Below are positions 39,464 through 48,499 of a stretch of DNA of 64,000 bases, in pieces. Positions within the stretch are counted from its first letter, which is position 1. Each line of letters starts with the position of its first letter. A program made the translations under genes and the position numbers. The stretch comes from an uncultured Candidatus Rokubacteria bacterium. Its GTDB lineage: Bacteria > Methylomirabilota > Methylomirabilia > Rokubacteriales > DASRDR01. Location of the stretch: the NCBI GenBank assembly GCA_963826115.1, contig CAWGVS010000005.1:1248001-1312000 (forward strand). The letters run 5' to 3'. The notes beneath the pieces are model-generated. The model was not told the origin of the DNA and did no database searches. It saw nothing but the letters and a program-made list of their open reading frames with translations.

Positions 39464-40144
39464 CTACGTCAGGTCGAGGTCGGCGACGAGCGCGCTGTGG
39501 TCGCTCCCGCGCAGGGGGAGCACGCGCGACTCGATCGGCACCAGCCCTCTCACCAGCACGTGGTCGATGCGAAGAAGTCGGACCGAGCCCGCCCAGGGCC
39601 CCCACGTCCGGCCGGGCCGCCGCCCGATCCGCCTCGCCGCCTCGGCGGCCGCATCGTCGAACCGGGCCCGGAGACGGCGGTAGGCCGGCCAGAGAGGCGT
39701 GGAGTTCAGGTCGCCGGCCAGGACGCGGCGCCGCCGGGGTGTGGCGTCCAGGTAGGCGAGGATCTGGCGCAGCTGCCCGCGCCGGTCCACGACTCGCTGG
39801 GTCACGGGGGGGACGTGCGGCGCGGCGAGGTGGACATTCAGGACCTCGATGCCCTCGTCGTCGGGGCCGGTCAGCTCGGCGACGAACGCCGAGCGATAGG
39901 GCAACCGGAGCGCCCGGACGCTACCCGGCGCGCGGAGCGCGATCCCCATCCCGTGGTGGTCCGTACCCGGCTCGAGCTTGCCGAACGGCAGGATGCGGGC
40001 GAGCGCCTCGGCCTGCACGGGGACGAGCTCCTGCACGGTGACCACGTCCGGCTCGACCCGTTCCACCAGGTCGGCGAACGCCTGGGCGTCCGCCCGACCG
40101 TTCGCGAGGTTCGCCGAGAGGATCCGGAGGCCGGGACGGATCAC
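39464..40144 (-). CDS. Endonuclease/exonuclease/phosphatase family protein
   Basis: LSANL, VQE, NVHL, AGDLN, RIDHV, SDH. GTG overlaps the amidase stop. Confidence 0.85.
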   Translation of the reverse strand: MIRPGLRILSANLANGRADAQAFADLVERVEPDVVTVQELVPVQAEALARILPFGKLEPGTDHHGMGIALRAPGSVRALRLPYRSAFVAELTGPDDEGIEVLNVHLAAPHVPPVTQRVVDRRGQLRQILAYLDATPRRRRVLAGDLNSTPLWPAYRRLRARFDDAAAEAARRIGRRPGRTWGPWAGSVRLLRIDHVLVRGLVPIESRVLPLRGSDHSALVADLDLT

Positions 40145-41574
40145 GCCGGCTCCGCGACGACGGGCGGGATGTGGCCGGCCCACGGCGCCGCTGCCTCGAA
40201 CGCCGCCGCGGCGGCGAGAACCGCCGCCTCCTGACGACGCCGCCCGACGATCTGGATCCCCACCGGGAGGCCGTCGCGCGTGAACCCCGCCGGCACGGAG
40301 ATCACGGGCAGGCCGGTCACCGAGATCGCGTAGGTGAGGAAGAACCACTGCGTGTAGTTCTCGACCGGCTTCCCGTCGAGCTCCGTCGGATAGGGCTGCT
40401 CCACCGGGAACGGTCGCACCGCCACGGTGGGCGCGATCAGGAGATCGTACCGGTCCAGGAACCGCCGCACCCGCTCCCACAAGGCGCTCCGGAGCTTCTC
40501 GGCGCGTCCGATGTCCCGTGCCGTCAGCCGGAGGCCCTGCTCGACGTTCCACACGAGACCGGCCTGCATCACGTCCCGCCACCGCGCGAGACGGTCGCCG
40601 TGGAGGGCTGCCATCGAAAGCCCTCGCGTACCCAGCACGATCTCGTTCAGCTCCGCGAAGGAGGGCGATGCCGTCTCGACCCGGGCTCCGAGCGACCGGA
40701 ACACCCGCGTGGCGCCCGCGGCGACGCGGGCGACCTCGGCTTCCACCGGCAGAAGCCCGCCCAGGTCGGGCGTCCAGGCCACCCGCCACCCCCGGATCGA
40801 TGGCCGGCGAACCGCCGCCGTGAAGGCGCGGGTGTCGACGTCGTAGGAGAGCGGCGCCCGGTCGTCGGGGCCGGCCATGACCGAGAGCATCAGGGCGACG
40901 TCGCCGACGGTGCGCGCCATCGGCCCCGAGACCGACAGCGAGTCCCAGGCCATCTCGCGCGGGTACACCGGAACGAGCCCGGGCGTGGTGCGGAACCCCA
41001 CGACGCCGCAGAATGCCGCCGGCGTGCGGAGCGAGCCGCCGAGGTCCGAGCCCTGAGCGAGCGGGCCCATGCCGGTGGCGAGCGCGACGGCCGCTCCGCC
41101 GCTCGACCCCCCGCACGTGAGCGCGAGGTTCCACGGGTTGCGCGTCGCCCCGAACACCGCGTTGAACGTGTTACCGCCCGCGCCGAACTCCGGGGTGTTG
41201 GTCTTCCCCACGACGATCGCGCCGGCCGCCCGGAGGCGGGCGACCGTGAGCGCGTCCTCGGTCGGCACGTGGTGCTCGTAGATCTTCGACCCCCACGTGG
41301 TGCGGATGCCCTTCGTGGCGGTCAGGTCCTTGATCGACACGGGCACGCCGTGGAGCGGCGGGAGCGTCGCCCGGCGGCGGAGGGCCGCCGTGGCCCTTCG
41401 CGCCTCCCGGAGAGCCGACTCGCGGCTCACGGTGACGTAGGCGTTGACGCTCGGGTTCACGGCGTCGATCCGGGCCAGCACCGCCTGCATCACCTCGAGC
41501 GGCGACACCTTCCGCACCCGGTAGAGGCGCGCGAGCTCGGTCGCGGGCGTGAAGCAGAGATCTCGCTCGGTCAC
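40141..41574 (-). CDS. Amidase signature family enzyme
   Basis: IKD, GKTNTPEF, GGSSGG, GSDLGGSLR (Ser-cisSer-Lys). Confidence 0.92.
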   Translation of the reverse strand: MTERDLCFTPATELARLYRVRKVSPLEVMQAVLARIDAVNPSVNAYVTVSRESALREARRATAALRRRATLPPLHGVPVSIKDLTATKGIRTTWGSKIYEHHVPTEDALTVARLRAAGAIVVGKTNTPEFGAGGNTFNAVFGATRNPWNLALTCGGSSGGAAVALATGMGPLAQGSDLGGSLRTPAAFCGVVGFRTTPGLVPVYPREMAWDSLSVSGPMARTVGDVALMLSVMAGPDDRAPLSYDVDTRAFTAAVRRPSIRGWRVAWTPDLGGLLPVEAEVARVAAGATRVFRSLGARVETASPSFAELNEIVLGTRGLSMAALHGDRLARWRDVMQAGLVWNVEQGLRLTARDIGRAEKLRSALWERVRRFLDRYDLLIAPTVAVRPFPVEQPYPTELDGKPVENYTQWFFLTYAISVTGLPVISVPAGFTRDGLPVGIQIVGRRRQEAAVLAAAAAFEAAAPWAGHIPPVVAEPA

Positions 41575-41701
41575 GGATCGACCCTCCCCCTGGCCCTTAC
41601 CCACGGCTCGGGCACAAGCATGGATTGTATCAGGCGCCGCTCGCCCGAGGCCCTTGCGCGCTCTCCAGCGCACCGTGACAATGGTTGCCGGGGGGACCTA
41701 C

Positions 41702-42823
41702 ATGGACGTCTACGCGCGGCTCGGGGTGCGGCCCATCGTCAACGCCCGCGGCATGAACACCATGGCGAGCGGTTCCCTCATGCCGAAGCCGGTGCTCGAC
41801 GCCATGAACGAGGCCGCCGGCGCCTTCGTGGACATGGGGGACCTGAACGCCCGCGCGGGCGCCCACATCGCCCGCCTGGTCGGCGTCGAGGACGCGCACG
41901 TCACCTCGGGCTCGGCCGGGGGCCTCCTCCTCGCCGCCGCGGCGTGCATCGCGGGCAGCGATCCCGAGCGGATCCTTCGCCTCCCCGACACCACGGGCAT
42001 GCGCAACGAGATCGTGATCCAGCGCTGCGACCGGATCCAGTATGACCAGGCGCTCCGCATGGCCGGCGCGGTGCTGGTCGAGGTCGGCGCCGCCGAAGCG
42101 TGCACGCCCGAGGCGATCGAGGCGGCGCTCGGCCCGCGGACCGCCGCGCTCATCTACATCGTCTCCCCGGGCCTCGCCGAGCGCGGTGTCGGCCCCGAGC
42201 GCATGGCGACGATCGCCCACGCGCGCGGCCTTCCGCTGATCGTGGACGCCGCGTCAACGCTCCCGCCGGTCGGGCACATCACGCGGTGGACGAAGACGGG
42301 GGCCGACCTCGTGATCCTCAGCGGGGGCAAAGGTATCCGCGGCCCGCAGAACACCGGGCTCCTCGTGGGGCGCGCCGACCTCATCCGCGCCGCGGCGGCC
42401 AACGGCTCGCCCAACTCCGCCGTGGGGCGCCCCTGCAAGGTCAGCAAGGAGGCGATCATCGGTCTGGTGACTGCCATCGAGCTCTTCGTTCAGGACGACC
42501 ACGAGGGCGAGTGGGCGCGCCACCTGGACGAGGCGCGGCGGATCCTGGCCTCGGCCCAGGGGATCCCGGGCGTGCGCGCGCGCCTCGAAGAGGACCGCGA
42601 TGTCTGGACCGCGCCGACCCTCCTCCTCGCGATTGACCCGGCGGTCACGGGCCTGACGCCCGACGCCGTCATGCGAGCGCTCCGCGCCGGTGACCCGCCG
42701 ATCATGGTGCGGGTCCACCGCGGCGAGCTGCTGGTCGACCCGCACTGTCTCCGCGGCGACGAGGCCACCGTCGTGGCCCGGCGACTCCAGGAAGAGCTCC
42801 TCCGGCGCCCGGCCGGCGCCTGA
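41702..42823 (+). CDS. SelA-like/DgaE family PLP-dependent enzyme
   Basis: GVRPIVNARG, LPDT, VDAA, SGGKGIRGPQ (PLP Lys), GRPCKVSKE. Lacks the long N-terminal domain of true SelA. Confidence 0.85.
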   Translation: MDVYARLGVRPIVNARGMNTMASGSLMPKPVLDAMNEAAGAFVDMGDLNARAGAHIARLVGVEDAHVTSGSAGGLLLAAAACIAGSDPERILRLPDTTGMRNEIVIQRCDRIQYDQALRMAGAVLVEVGAAEACTPEAIEAALGPRTAALIYIVSPGLAERGVGPERMATIAHARGLPLIVDAASTLPPVGHITRWTKTGADLVILSGGKGIRGPQNTGLLVGRADLIRAAAANGSPNSAVGRPCKVSKEAIIGLVTAIELFVQDDHEGEWARHLDEARRILASAQGIPGVRARLEEDRDVWTAPTLLLAIDPAVTGLTPDAVMRALRAGDPPIMVRVHRGELLVDPHCLRGDEATVVARRLQEELLRRPAGA

Positions 42824-42840
42824 CGGGCGATCCGAGCCGC

Positions 42841-43905
42841 GTGTCGCAGCCCTTCTTTCCGACCACCGTCATCGGCAGCCTGCCGCGCCCCGCCTGGGTG
42901 CGGGACGTCATCCTCGACCGGAAGGCCGGACGTCTCGGCGAGGCCGAGGCCGAGCGCCTCCTCGACCCCGCCATCGACTTCGCGATCCGGCTCCAGGAGC
43001 GCGCGGGCGTGGAGGAGGTCACCGACGGCGAGTGGCGCCGCGAGAGCTACGTCAAGGTCTTCGCCGAGCGGGTCCGCGGCTTCCGCGCCGACATCAACCC
43101 GAGCGGCGGGCTCCCGTATCCGGCGGTCGTGGCCCCGATCGAGTACCACCGCGAGATCGCCGCGCCCGAGATCCGCTACGCGCGACCCCGGACCGATCGC
43201 CGGCTCAAGGCGACCCTGCCGGCCCCCTACATCATCGGCCGGCGGATGTGGCACCCCGACCACTCCCGCCGCGCCTACCCGACCCGCGAGGCCCTGATGC
43301 GTGACTGCGTCGGCGTGCTGCGCCGCGAGATCGAGGCGGTGCGGACGGCCGGCGCGGACACGGTGCAGCTCGACGAGCCCTGGCTCGCGACCCTCGTGGA
43401 CCCCCGGTTCAGGGCCGAGGAGGGGATCACGGACGTCGGCTACGAGATGGACCTCTGCGCCGACCTCCTCAACCAGACGCTCGCCGGCCTCCACGGCATC
43501 GAGACCTCGATCCATCTCTGCCACGCCCACTTCGCGCGCCAGCACAAGACCGAGGGGTCCTACGACCTCATCATGCCCGCGCTCGCGAGGGTCCGGGCCG
43601 GCATCATCTCGCTCGAGCTGGCGACGCCGGCGGCCGGGGGCTTCGCCGCCCTCGCGCGGTTCCCCACCGGGGTCCGGCTCGGCCTCGGGTGCATCGACCA
43701 CTGCGACCCCCGGGTCGAGACGGTCGACGAGGTCGTCCTCCGGGTCGAGGCCGCGGCGCGCCACGTCGACCGCGAGCGCATCGTCCTCCACCCGGACTGC
43801 GGGTTCGCGCCGTCCGTCCAGAACCCGATGGACCTCGACGAGGCCTACGAGAAGCTCAAGGTGATGAGCGAGGCCGCCGCGCGGCTCCGCGACCGGCACG
43901 CCTGA
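42841..43905 (+). CDS. Cobalamin-independent methionine synthase II (MetE C-terminal-like) family Zn enzyme
   Basis: IGSLPRP, TDGEWRR, VQLDEP, HLC, HPDCG. Confidence 0.88.
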   Translation: MSQPFFPTTVIGSLPRPAWVRDVILDRKAGRLGEAEAERLLDPAIDFAIRLQERAGVEEVTDGEWRRESYVKVFAERVRGFRADINPSGGLPYPAVVAPIEYHREIAAPEIRYARPRTDRRLKATLPAPYIIGRRMWHPDHSRRAYPTREALMRDCVGVLRREIEAVRTAGADTVQLDEPWLATLVDPRFRAEEGITDVGYEMDLCADLLNQTLAGLHGIETSIHLCHAHFARQHKTEGSYDLIMPALARVRAGIISLELATPAAGGFAALARFPTGVRLGLGCIDHCDPRVETVDEVVLRVEAAARHVDRERIVLHPDCGFAPSVQNPMDLDEAYEKLKVMSEAAARLRDRHA

Positions 43906-43910
43906 GCCGC

Positions 43911-43934
43911 GAAGGGGCGCGATCGCGGCCCTTC
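43911..43934. terminator. GC-rich inverted repeat (terminator or operator)
   Basis: GAAGGG-G-CGCGATCGCG-G-CCCTTC, with a second palindrome GGCCGCCCGGGCGGCC just before the -35. No U-tract. Confidence 0.35.
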
Positions 43935-43959
43935 CACCCGACCGGCCGCCCGGGCGGCC

Positions 43960-43989
43960 TTGACGCCGGGAGCCGTGTCCCGATAGGCT
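43960..43989 (+). promoter_or_regulatory. sigma70 promoter of ABC module 3
   Basis: TTGACG-N18-TAGGCT. RBS GGAGG before ATG 44056. Confidence 0.65.
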
Positions 43990-44055
43990 CGCCGACATAC
44001 AGCCGGCCGCGGACCCGCGCGCCGGCCACCGACACCTGAGACGGAGGTCGACGTC

Positions 44056-45603
44056 ATGCGGCTGCGGACCCTTGGGACTCTGGTCGTCACCGTCGCGTGT
44101 CTCCTGGCGCTCGCCGCGCCGATGCCGGCCGCGGCTCCGAAGGCCGGCGGCACGATGAAGTTCGCGCTGCTGCGGGACCCCACCGGGTGGGACCCGCACA
44201 TCAACTACGGCGCGACGACCTACAGCTTCCTGGCCAACATGTACGAGGGTCTGCTCCGCTACTCGCTGAAGGGGGCGATCGAGCCCGCTCTCGCGGTGCG
44301 GTGGGAGACGCCCAACGCCACCACCTACGTCCTCCACCTCCGGAAGGGCGTCCACTTCCACAGCGGCAACCCGTTCACGGCCGACGACGTGAAGTGGAAC
44401 ATCGAGCGGATCATCGCACCCGCGACCAACGCCACGCGGGCCAAGGAGTTCGAGGTCGTGGAGGCGGTCACCGTGGTCGACCCGTCCACCGTCCGGATCA
44501 CGCTCAAGCAACCCTCGGCGCCCTTCCTGGAGCTTCTCGCCGCCGCCGAGGCGGTCATGGCCGACAGCAAGTGGGTCACCGCCGGCGGCGACCTCAAGAA
44601 GGGTGCCAGCGGGACCGGCCCCTTCAAGCTCGGCCCCTTCGAGACCGGCGTCCGCTACGCGCTCGTCAAGAACACCGACTACTGGGAGTCCCCCTACCCC
44701 TACCTCGACCGGATCGACCTGTCGACGGTGGCCAAGGACGACGTCCGCGTCCAGGCGCTCCAGACGGGCAGCGTCGACATGGCCGAGTACATCCCCTGGC
44801 AGGAGATCAAGGCGCTCGAGAAGGATCCGCAGATCAAGGTGCACGTGGGCTACGACACCTTCAACGTGATCCGCATGAACCCGAAGCGCGCGCCCTTCGA
44901 CAACGTGAAGGTCCGGCAGGCGCTCAACTACCTCGTCGACCGGAAGGAGATCATCGAGCTGGCCTGGGGCGGCATCGGCCGGCCGTTCGGCGCCGGCCTC
45001 ATCCCCGACGGCCACTGGGCCTTCCCGAAGGCGCTCCAGAGCACCTGGTCCTACGACCCCGCGAAGGGCAAGCGCCTCCTCGCCGAGTCCGGCGTCAACC
45101 CCGGCGCCACCCGGATCGTCTTCGACTCGACCACGCTGTCGGTCCACATGGACGAGGCCCAGATCATCGTGACCCAGCTCCAGCGGGCGGGCTTCACGCA
45201 GATCGAGCTGAAGCCGATGGACGTCCCGACGCAGCAGCGGAAGCGGGTCACCGGCGAATACCAGATGATGATGGACGGGTTCAGCCTTCCCGGCCCCGAC
45301 CCCGATTTCTACGCGGGATTCTTCGCCACGGGCGGCGCGTCGTACGCGCGCGCGGTCGAGTTCAGCGACGCGGCCCTCGACAAGCTCGTGGCCGAGGGGC
45401 GGAGCGTCGGAGACCAGGCGAAGCGAGCCGCCGTCTACGCGCAGGTGGAGCAGCGGGTCGTGGAGCTGGCCCCGTGGGTGTTCCTCCACTGGCGGCCACA
45501 GGCCGAGGCGCACCGCGCCACCATCGGCGGGTACACGCGCCTCCCGGGGGCCATCGGCAACAAGAGCCTGGGCGGCCTCAAGTACGTGTACCGGGAGGGC
45601 TGA
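44056..45603 (+). CDS. ABC substrate-binding protein, family 5 (Sec signal)
   Basis: Signal peptide, WDPH, LRKGVHFHSG, GTGPF, KVRQAL. Confidence 0.92.
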   Translation: MRLRTLGTLVVTVACLLALAAPMPAAAPKAGGTMKFALLRDPTGWDPHINYGATTYSFLANMYEGLLRYSLKGAIEPALAVRWETPNATTYVLHLRKGVHFHSGNPFTADDVKWNIERIIAPATNATRAKEFEVVEAVTVVDPSTVRITLKQPSAPFLELLAAAEAVMADSKWVTAGGDLKKGASGTGPFKLGPFETGVRYALVKNTDYWESPYPYLDRIDLSTVAKDDVRVQALQTGSVDMAEYIPWQEIKALEKDPQIKVHVGYDTFNVIRMNPKRAPFDNVKVRQALNYLVDRKEIIELAWGGIGRPFGAGLIPDGHWAFPKALQSTWSYDPAKGKRLLAESGVNPGATRIVFDSTTLSVHMDEAQIIVTQLQRAGFTQIELKPMDVPTQQRKRVTGEYQMMMDGFSLPGPDPDFYAGFFATGGASYARAVEFSDAALDKLVAEGRSVGDQAKRAAVYAQVEQRVVELAPWVFLHWRPQAEAHRATIGGYTRLPGAIGNKSLGGLKYVYREG

Positions 45604-45606
45604 GCG

Positions 45607-45978
45607 ATGGGATTCGACGGCGCGGCGTTCGTCGATCGCTTCAACACGGTCTGGAACGGGCACGACGTGGACGGCATCCTCGCGATGATGACGGACGACG
45701 TCGTGTTCGAGGCCTCGTTCGGCAAGGACCCGTGGGGCACGCGCGTCGTGGGCAAGCCCGCGGTGCGGGAGCTCCTCCTGGGCATGTTCACGCGCATCCC
45801 CGACATCCGCTGGGACGAGATCCGACACTACGTCCACCCCGACGTGGCCGTGGTGGAGTGGATCACGAGCGGCACCCCCCACGGCGGAACGCGCTTCGAG
45901 GTCTACGGGTGCGACGTGCTCGCGCTCCGCGACGGGCGCATCGCCGCCAAGCGGTCGTTCCGGAAGGGCGTGATCTAG
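45607..45978 (+). CDS. SnoaL/NTF2-like protein
   Basis: FNTVWNGHDVDGILAMMTDD, PDIRW, VEW, GCDV, KRSFRK. Confidence 0.85.
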   Translation: MGFDGAAFVDRFNTVWNGHDVDGILAMMTDDVVFEASFGKDPWGTRVVGKPAVRELLLGMFTRIPDIRWDEIRHYVHPDVAVVEWITSGTPHGGTRFEVYGCDVLALRDGRIAAKRSFRKGVI

Positions 45979-45999
45979 CCCCGGGCGGGCTCGCCCGCC

Positions 46000-46953
46000 G
46001 TGTGGACGTATCTCCTCCGCCGGATCGGGCTCGCGGCGGTCCTGCTCTGGGTCGTCGCCACCGTCCTGTTCTTCTCGATTCACCTCCTGCCGGGCGACCC
46101 CGCGCTCCTGATCCTCGGGGGCGACGCCGCCCAGGCGAGCCCCGAGCAGATCGCGCGCGTGCGCGCGCGTCTCGGGCTCGACCGCCCGCTGCTGGTCCAG
46201 TACGGCGCGTGGCTCGGCCGGGCCGTCCGAGGCGACCTCGGCGTCTCGCTGATCGACGAGCGCTCGGTCGCCCGGGACCTCGCGAACCGCCTCCCGCGCA
46301 CGCTCCAGCTGGTCGTCCCGGCGACCCTGCTCGCCGTCGGCATCGGCGTCCCGCTCGGCGTGTTCGCGGCGCGGCGGCGCGATCGCCTCGCCGATCCCGC
46401 GGCCTCGGCGCTCGCGCTGGCCGGGTTCTCCATGCCGGTGTTCGTGGTCGGCATGCTGCTCGTCGTCGTGTTCTCGCTGCGGCTCCGCTGGCTCCCGCCC
46501 GCGGGATACGTGCCGCCCGGCGAGGACCTCGTCGGCTTCCTCCGCCACTTGACCCTCCCGGTCGTCGCGCTCGCGGCCGCGCCCCTCGCGACCGTGATGC
46601 GGATGACGCGCTCGAGCTTCCTCGAGGAGTCGAGCCGCGACTTCGTCCGCACCGCCCGCGCGAAGGGGCTCGGGGAGCGGCTGGTGGCGTGGCGCCACGT
46701 TCTCCGGAACGCGCTCCTGCCGGTGACCTCCATCGTGGGACTCCAGGTCGGCTCGATGTTCGCGGGGGCGGTGCTGGTCGAGTACATCTTCAGCTGGCCC
46801 GGGATCAACGCGCTCCTGCTCAACTCCCTCGGGACCCGCGACTATCCCGTGATCCAGGGCGTCGTCCTGCTGGCGTCCGTCCTCTTCGTCGCCGTGAACC
46901 TCCTGACCGACCTCTGCTACGGGCTCGTGAACCCCCGGATCCGTCATGGCTGA
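46000..46953 (+). CDS. DppB/OppB family permease
   Basis: LPGDP, GLDRPL, RTARAKGL, HVLRNA, NPRIR. Confidence 0.92.
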   Translation: MWTYLLRRIGLAAVLLWVVATVLFFSIHLLPGDPALLILGGDAAQASPEQIARVRARLGLDRPLLVQYGAWLGRAVRGDLGVSLIDERSVARDLANRLPRTLQLVVPATLLAVGIGVPLGVFAARRRDRLADPAASALALAGFSMPVFVVGMLLVVVFSLRLRWLPPAGYVPPGEDLVGFLRHLTLPVVALAAAPLATVMRMTRSSFLEESSRDFVRTARAKGLGERLVAWRHVLRNALLPVTSIVGLQVGSMFAGAVLVEYIFSWPGINALLLNSLGTRDYPVIQGVVLLASVLFVAVNLLTDLCYGLVNPRIRHG

Positions 46954-47827
46954 CGGCTCGACGGCCACGACCGACCAGCCGCTCGCCGCTCGGCCTCGCC
47001 GCCGGGCCGCGTGGCGCCGGTCCCGTCAGGTCATGCTGGCGGGCCCGGTGGTCGGGCTCCTCCTCGTCGCGGCCGCCCTCGCCCCCCTCCTGGCGCCGGC
47101 GGACCCCAACGCGCTGAATCCCCGCGCGAAGGCCCAGCCGCCGACCTTCGCCCACCTGCTCGGGACCGACGAGTTCGGCCGGGACCTCCTGAGCCGTCTC
47201 CTCCACGGGGCGCGCATCACGCTGGTCGTGGGACTGTCGAGCGTGGCGGTTGCGGCCGCCGCCGGGACGCTCCTCGGCAGCGCCGCCGCGTACGGCCGCG
47301 GGCCGCTCGAGGCGGGGATCATGCGCGTGATGGACGGGCTCCTCTGCTTCCCGCCCATCCTCCTCGGGATCTTCGTCGTGACGTTCCTCGGCCCCTCGCT
47401 CCGCAACCTGATCCTGGTGATCGGCGTCCTCTACGTCCCGCGATTCACGCGGGTCGTGCACGCGAGCACCCTCGCGGTCCGGGAGCTCGAGTACGTCGAG
47501 AGCGCGCGGGCGCTCGGAGCGTCCGCCGTCCGGGTCGTGGCGGGCGCCATCCTGCCGAACATCGTGGCCCCGATCCTCGTTCAGGCCTCGCTGGCCGCGG
47601 GACACGCGATCCTGCTCGAGTCGGGCCTCTCGTTTCTGGGGCTCGGGCCGCCGCCGCCCACCCCGTCGTGGGGGCGCATGGTGGAGCAGTCGGGACGCTT
47701 CATGCAGCTCTCCGTCCTGCCCCTCCTCTGGCCGTCCGCGGCCATCTCGTTCACGGTCCTGGCGTTCAACATCCTGGGGGATGGGCTTCGCGACCTGCTC
47801 GACCCCCGGCTTCGCCGAGGCACGTGA
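46946..47827 (+). CDS. DppC/OppC family permease
   Basis: LLGTDEFGRDLLSR, EYVESARALG, LSFLGLG, LGDGLRDLLDP. Confidence 0.92.
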   Translation: MADGSTATTDQPLAARPRRRAAWRRSRQVMLAGPVVGLLLVAAALAPLLAPADPNALNPRAKAQPPTFAHLLGTDEFGRDLLSRLLHGARITLVVGLSSVAVAAAAGTLLGSAAAYGRGPLEAGIMRVMDGLLCFPPILLGIFVVTFLGPSLRNLILVIGVLYVPRFTRVVHASTLAVRELEYVESARALGASAVRVVAGAILPNIVAPILVQASLAAGHAILLESGLSFLGLGPPPPTPSWGRMVEQSGRFMQLSVLPLLWPSAAISFTVLAFNILGDGLRDLLDPRLRRGT

Positions 47828-47864
47828 GCTGCCCCCGGCTCGCCGCCACCGTAACGACGCGATC

Positions 47865-48454
47865 GTGACCGAGCCTCTGCTCCTCCAGACGCCTCGACTG
47901 CTGCTCCGTGACCTCCGCGACGCGGACGGCCCGGCGGTGCACGAGTACGCATGCGACGACGCGGTCGTGAGGCACCTCGACTGGGGCCCCAACGCGCCCG
48001 AGGACACCGCTCAGTTCCTCGCCGTCGCGCGCGCCGCGCGGAACGCCACCCCCGAACCATTTACCACCTGGCCATCATCCTGCGGGCCACCGACCGTCTG
48101 TTCGGCGGATGCCGCATCCAGATCCGCAACCCTGCCGGCGGAGACGGTGACATCGGCTACGTCCTCGCCCGCGACGCGTGGGGCCAGGGGTTCGCGACCG
48201 AAGCGGCTCGCGCCCTGATCGCCTTCGGGTTCGATCGCCTGGCGCTCCACCGCATCTGGGCCACGTGCGACGTCGACAACGTGGCGTCCGCTCGCGTCCT
48301 CGAGAAGCTCGGGATGCGACGCGAGGGTCACCTGCGGCAGAGCGTCCGCCGGAGAGGCGAGTGGCGGGACTGCTACCTCTACGCCATCCTCGAACCGGAG
48401 TGGCGGCCGGAGCTCGGCCCTACGGACGCCGGCGCCGGACCTCGAGGTGCCTGA
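47865..48454 (+). CDS. RimJ/RimL-type GNAT acetyltransferase, frameshifted near 48053
   Basis: LQTPRLLLRD in one frame, then IGYVL..WGQGFATEA, NVASARVLEKLGM in the next. The shift falls in a C run. Confidence 0.85.
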
Positions 48455-48499
48455 CGCCACCCGGAGAGACGTGAGGCTCGAGCGGCTGCCGCAGGGCAC

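Noticed and set aside
39464-40144. EEP nuclease as a defence or retroelement endonuclease
   Set aside because: Stand-alone, coupled to an amidase, with no RT or defence partners
41702-42823. Selenocysteine synthase selA supporting UGA recoding
   Set aside because: Short DgaE-like form, with no selB/selC/selD in the window
42490-46968. Very long antisense/alternative-frame ORFs (1492 aa here; also 14290-17715, 44097-47117, 48532-52338)
   Set aside because: Arg/Pro/Gly-rich shadow ORFs expected from stop-codon scarcity in high-GC DNA. They overlap well-supported genes and have no motifs of their own.
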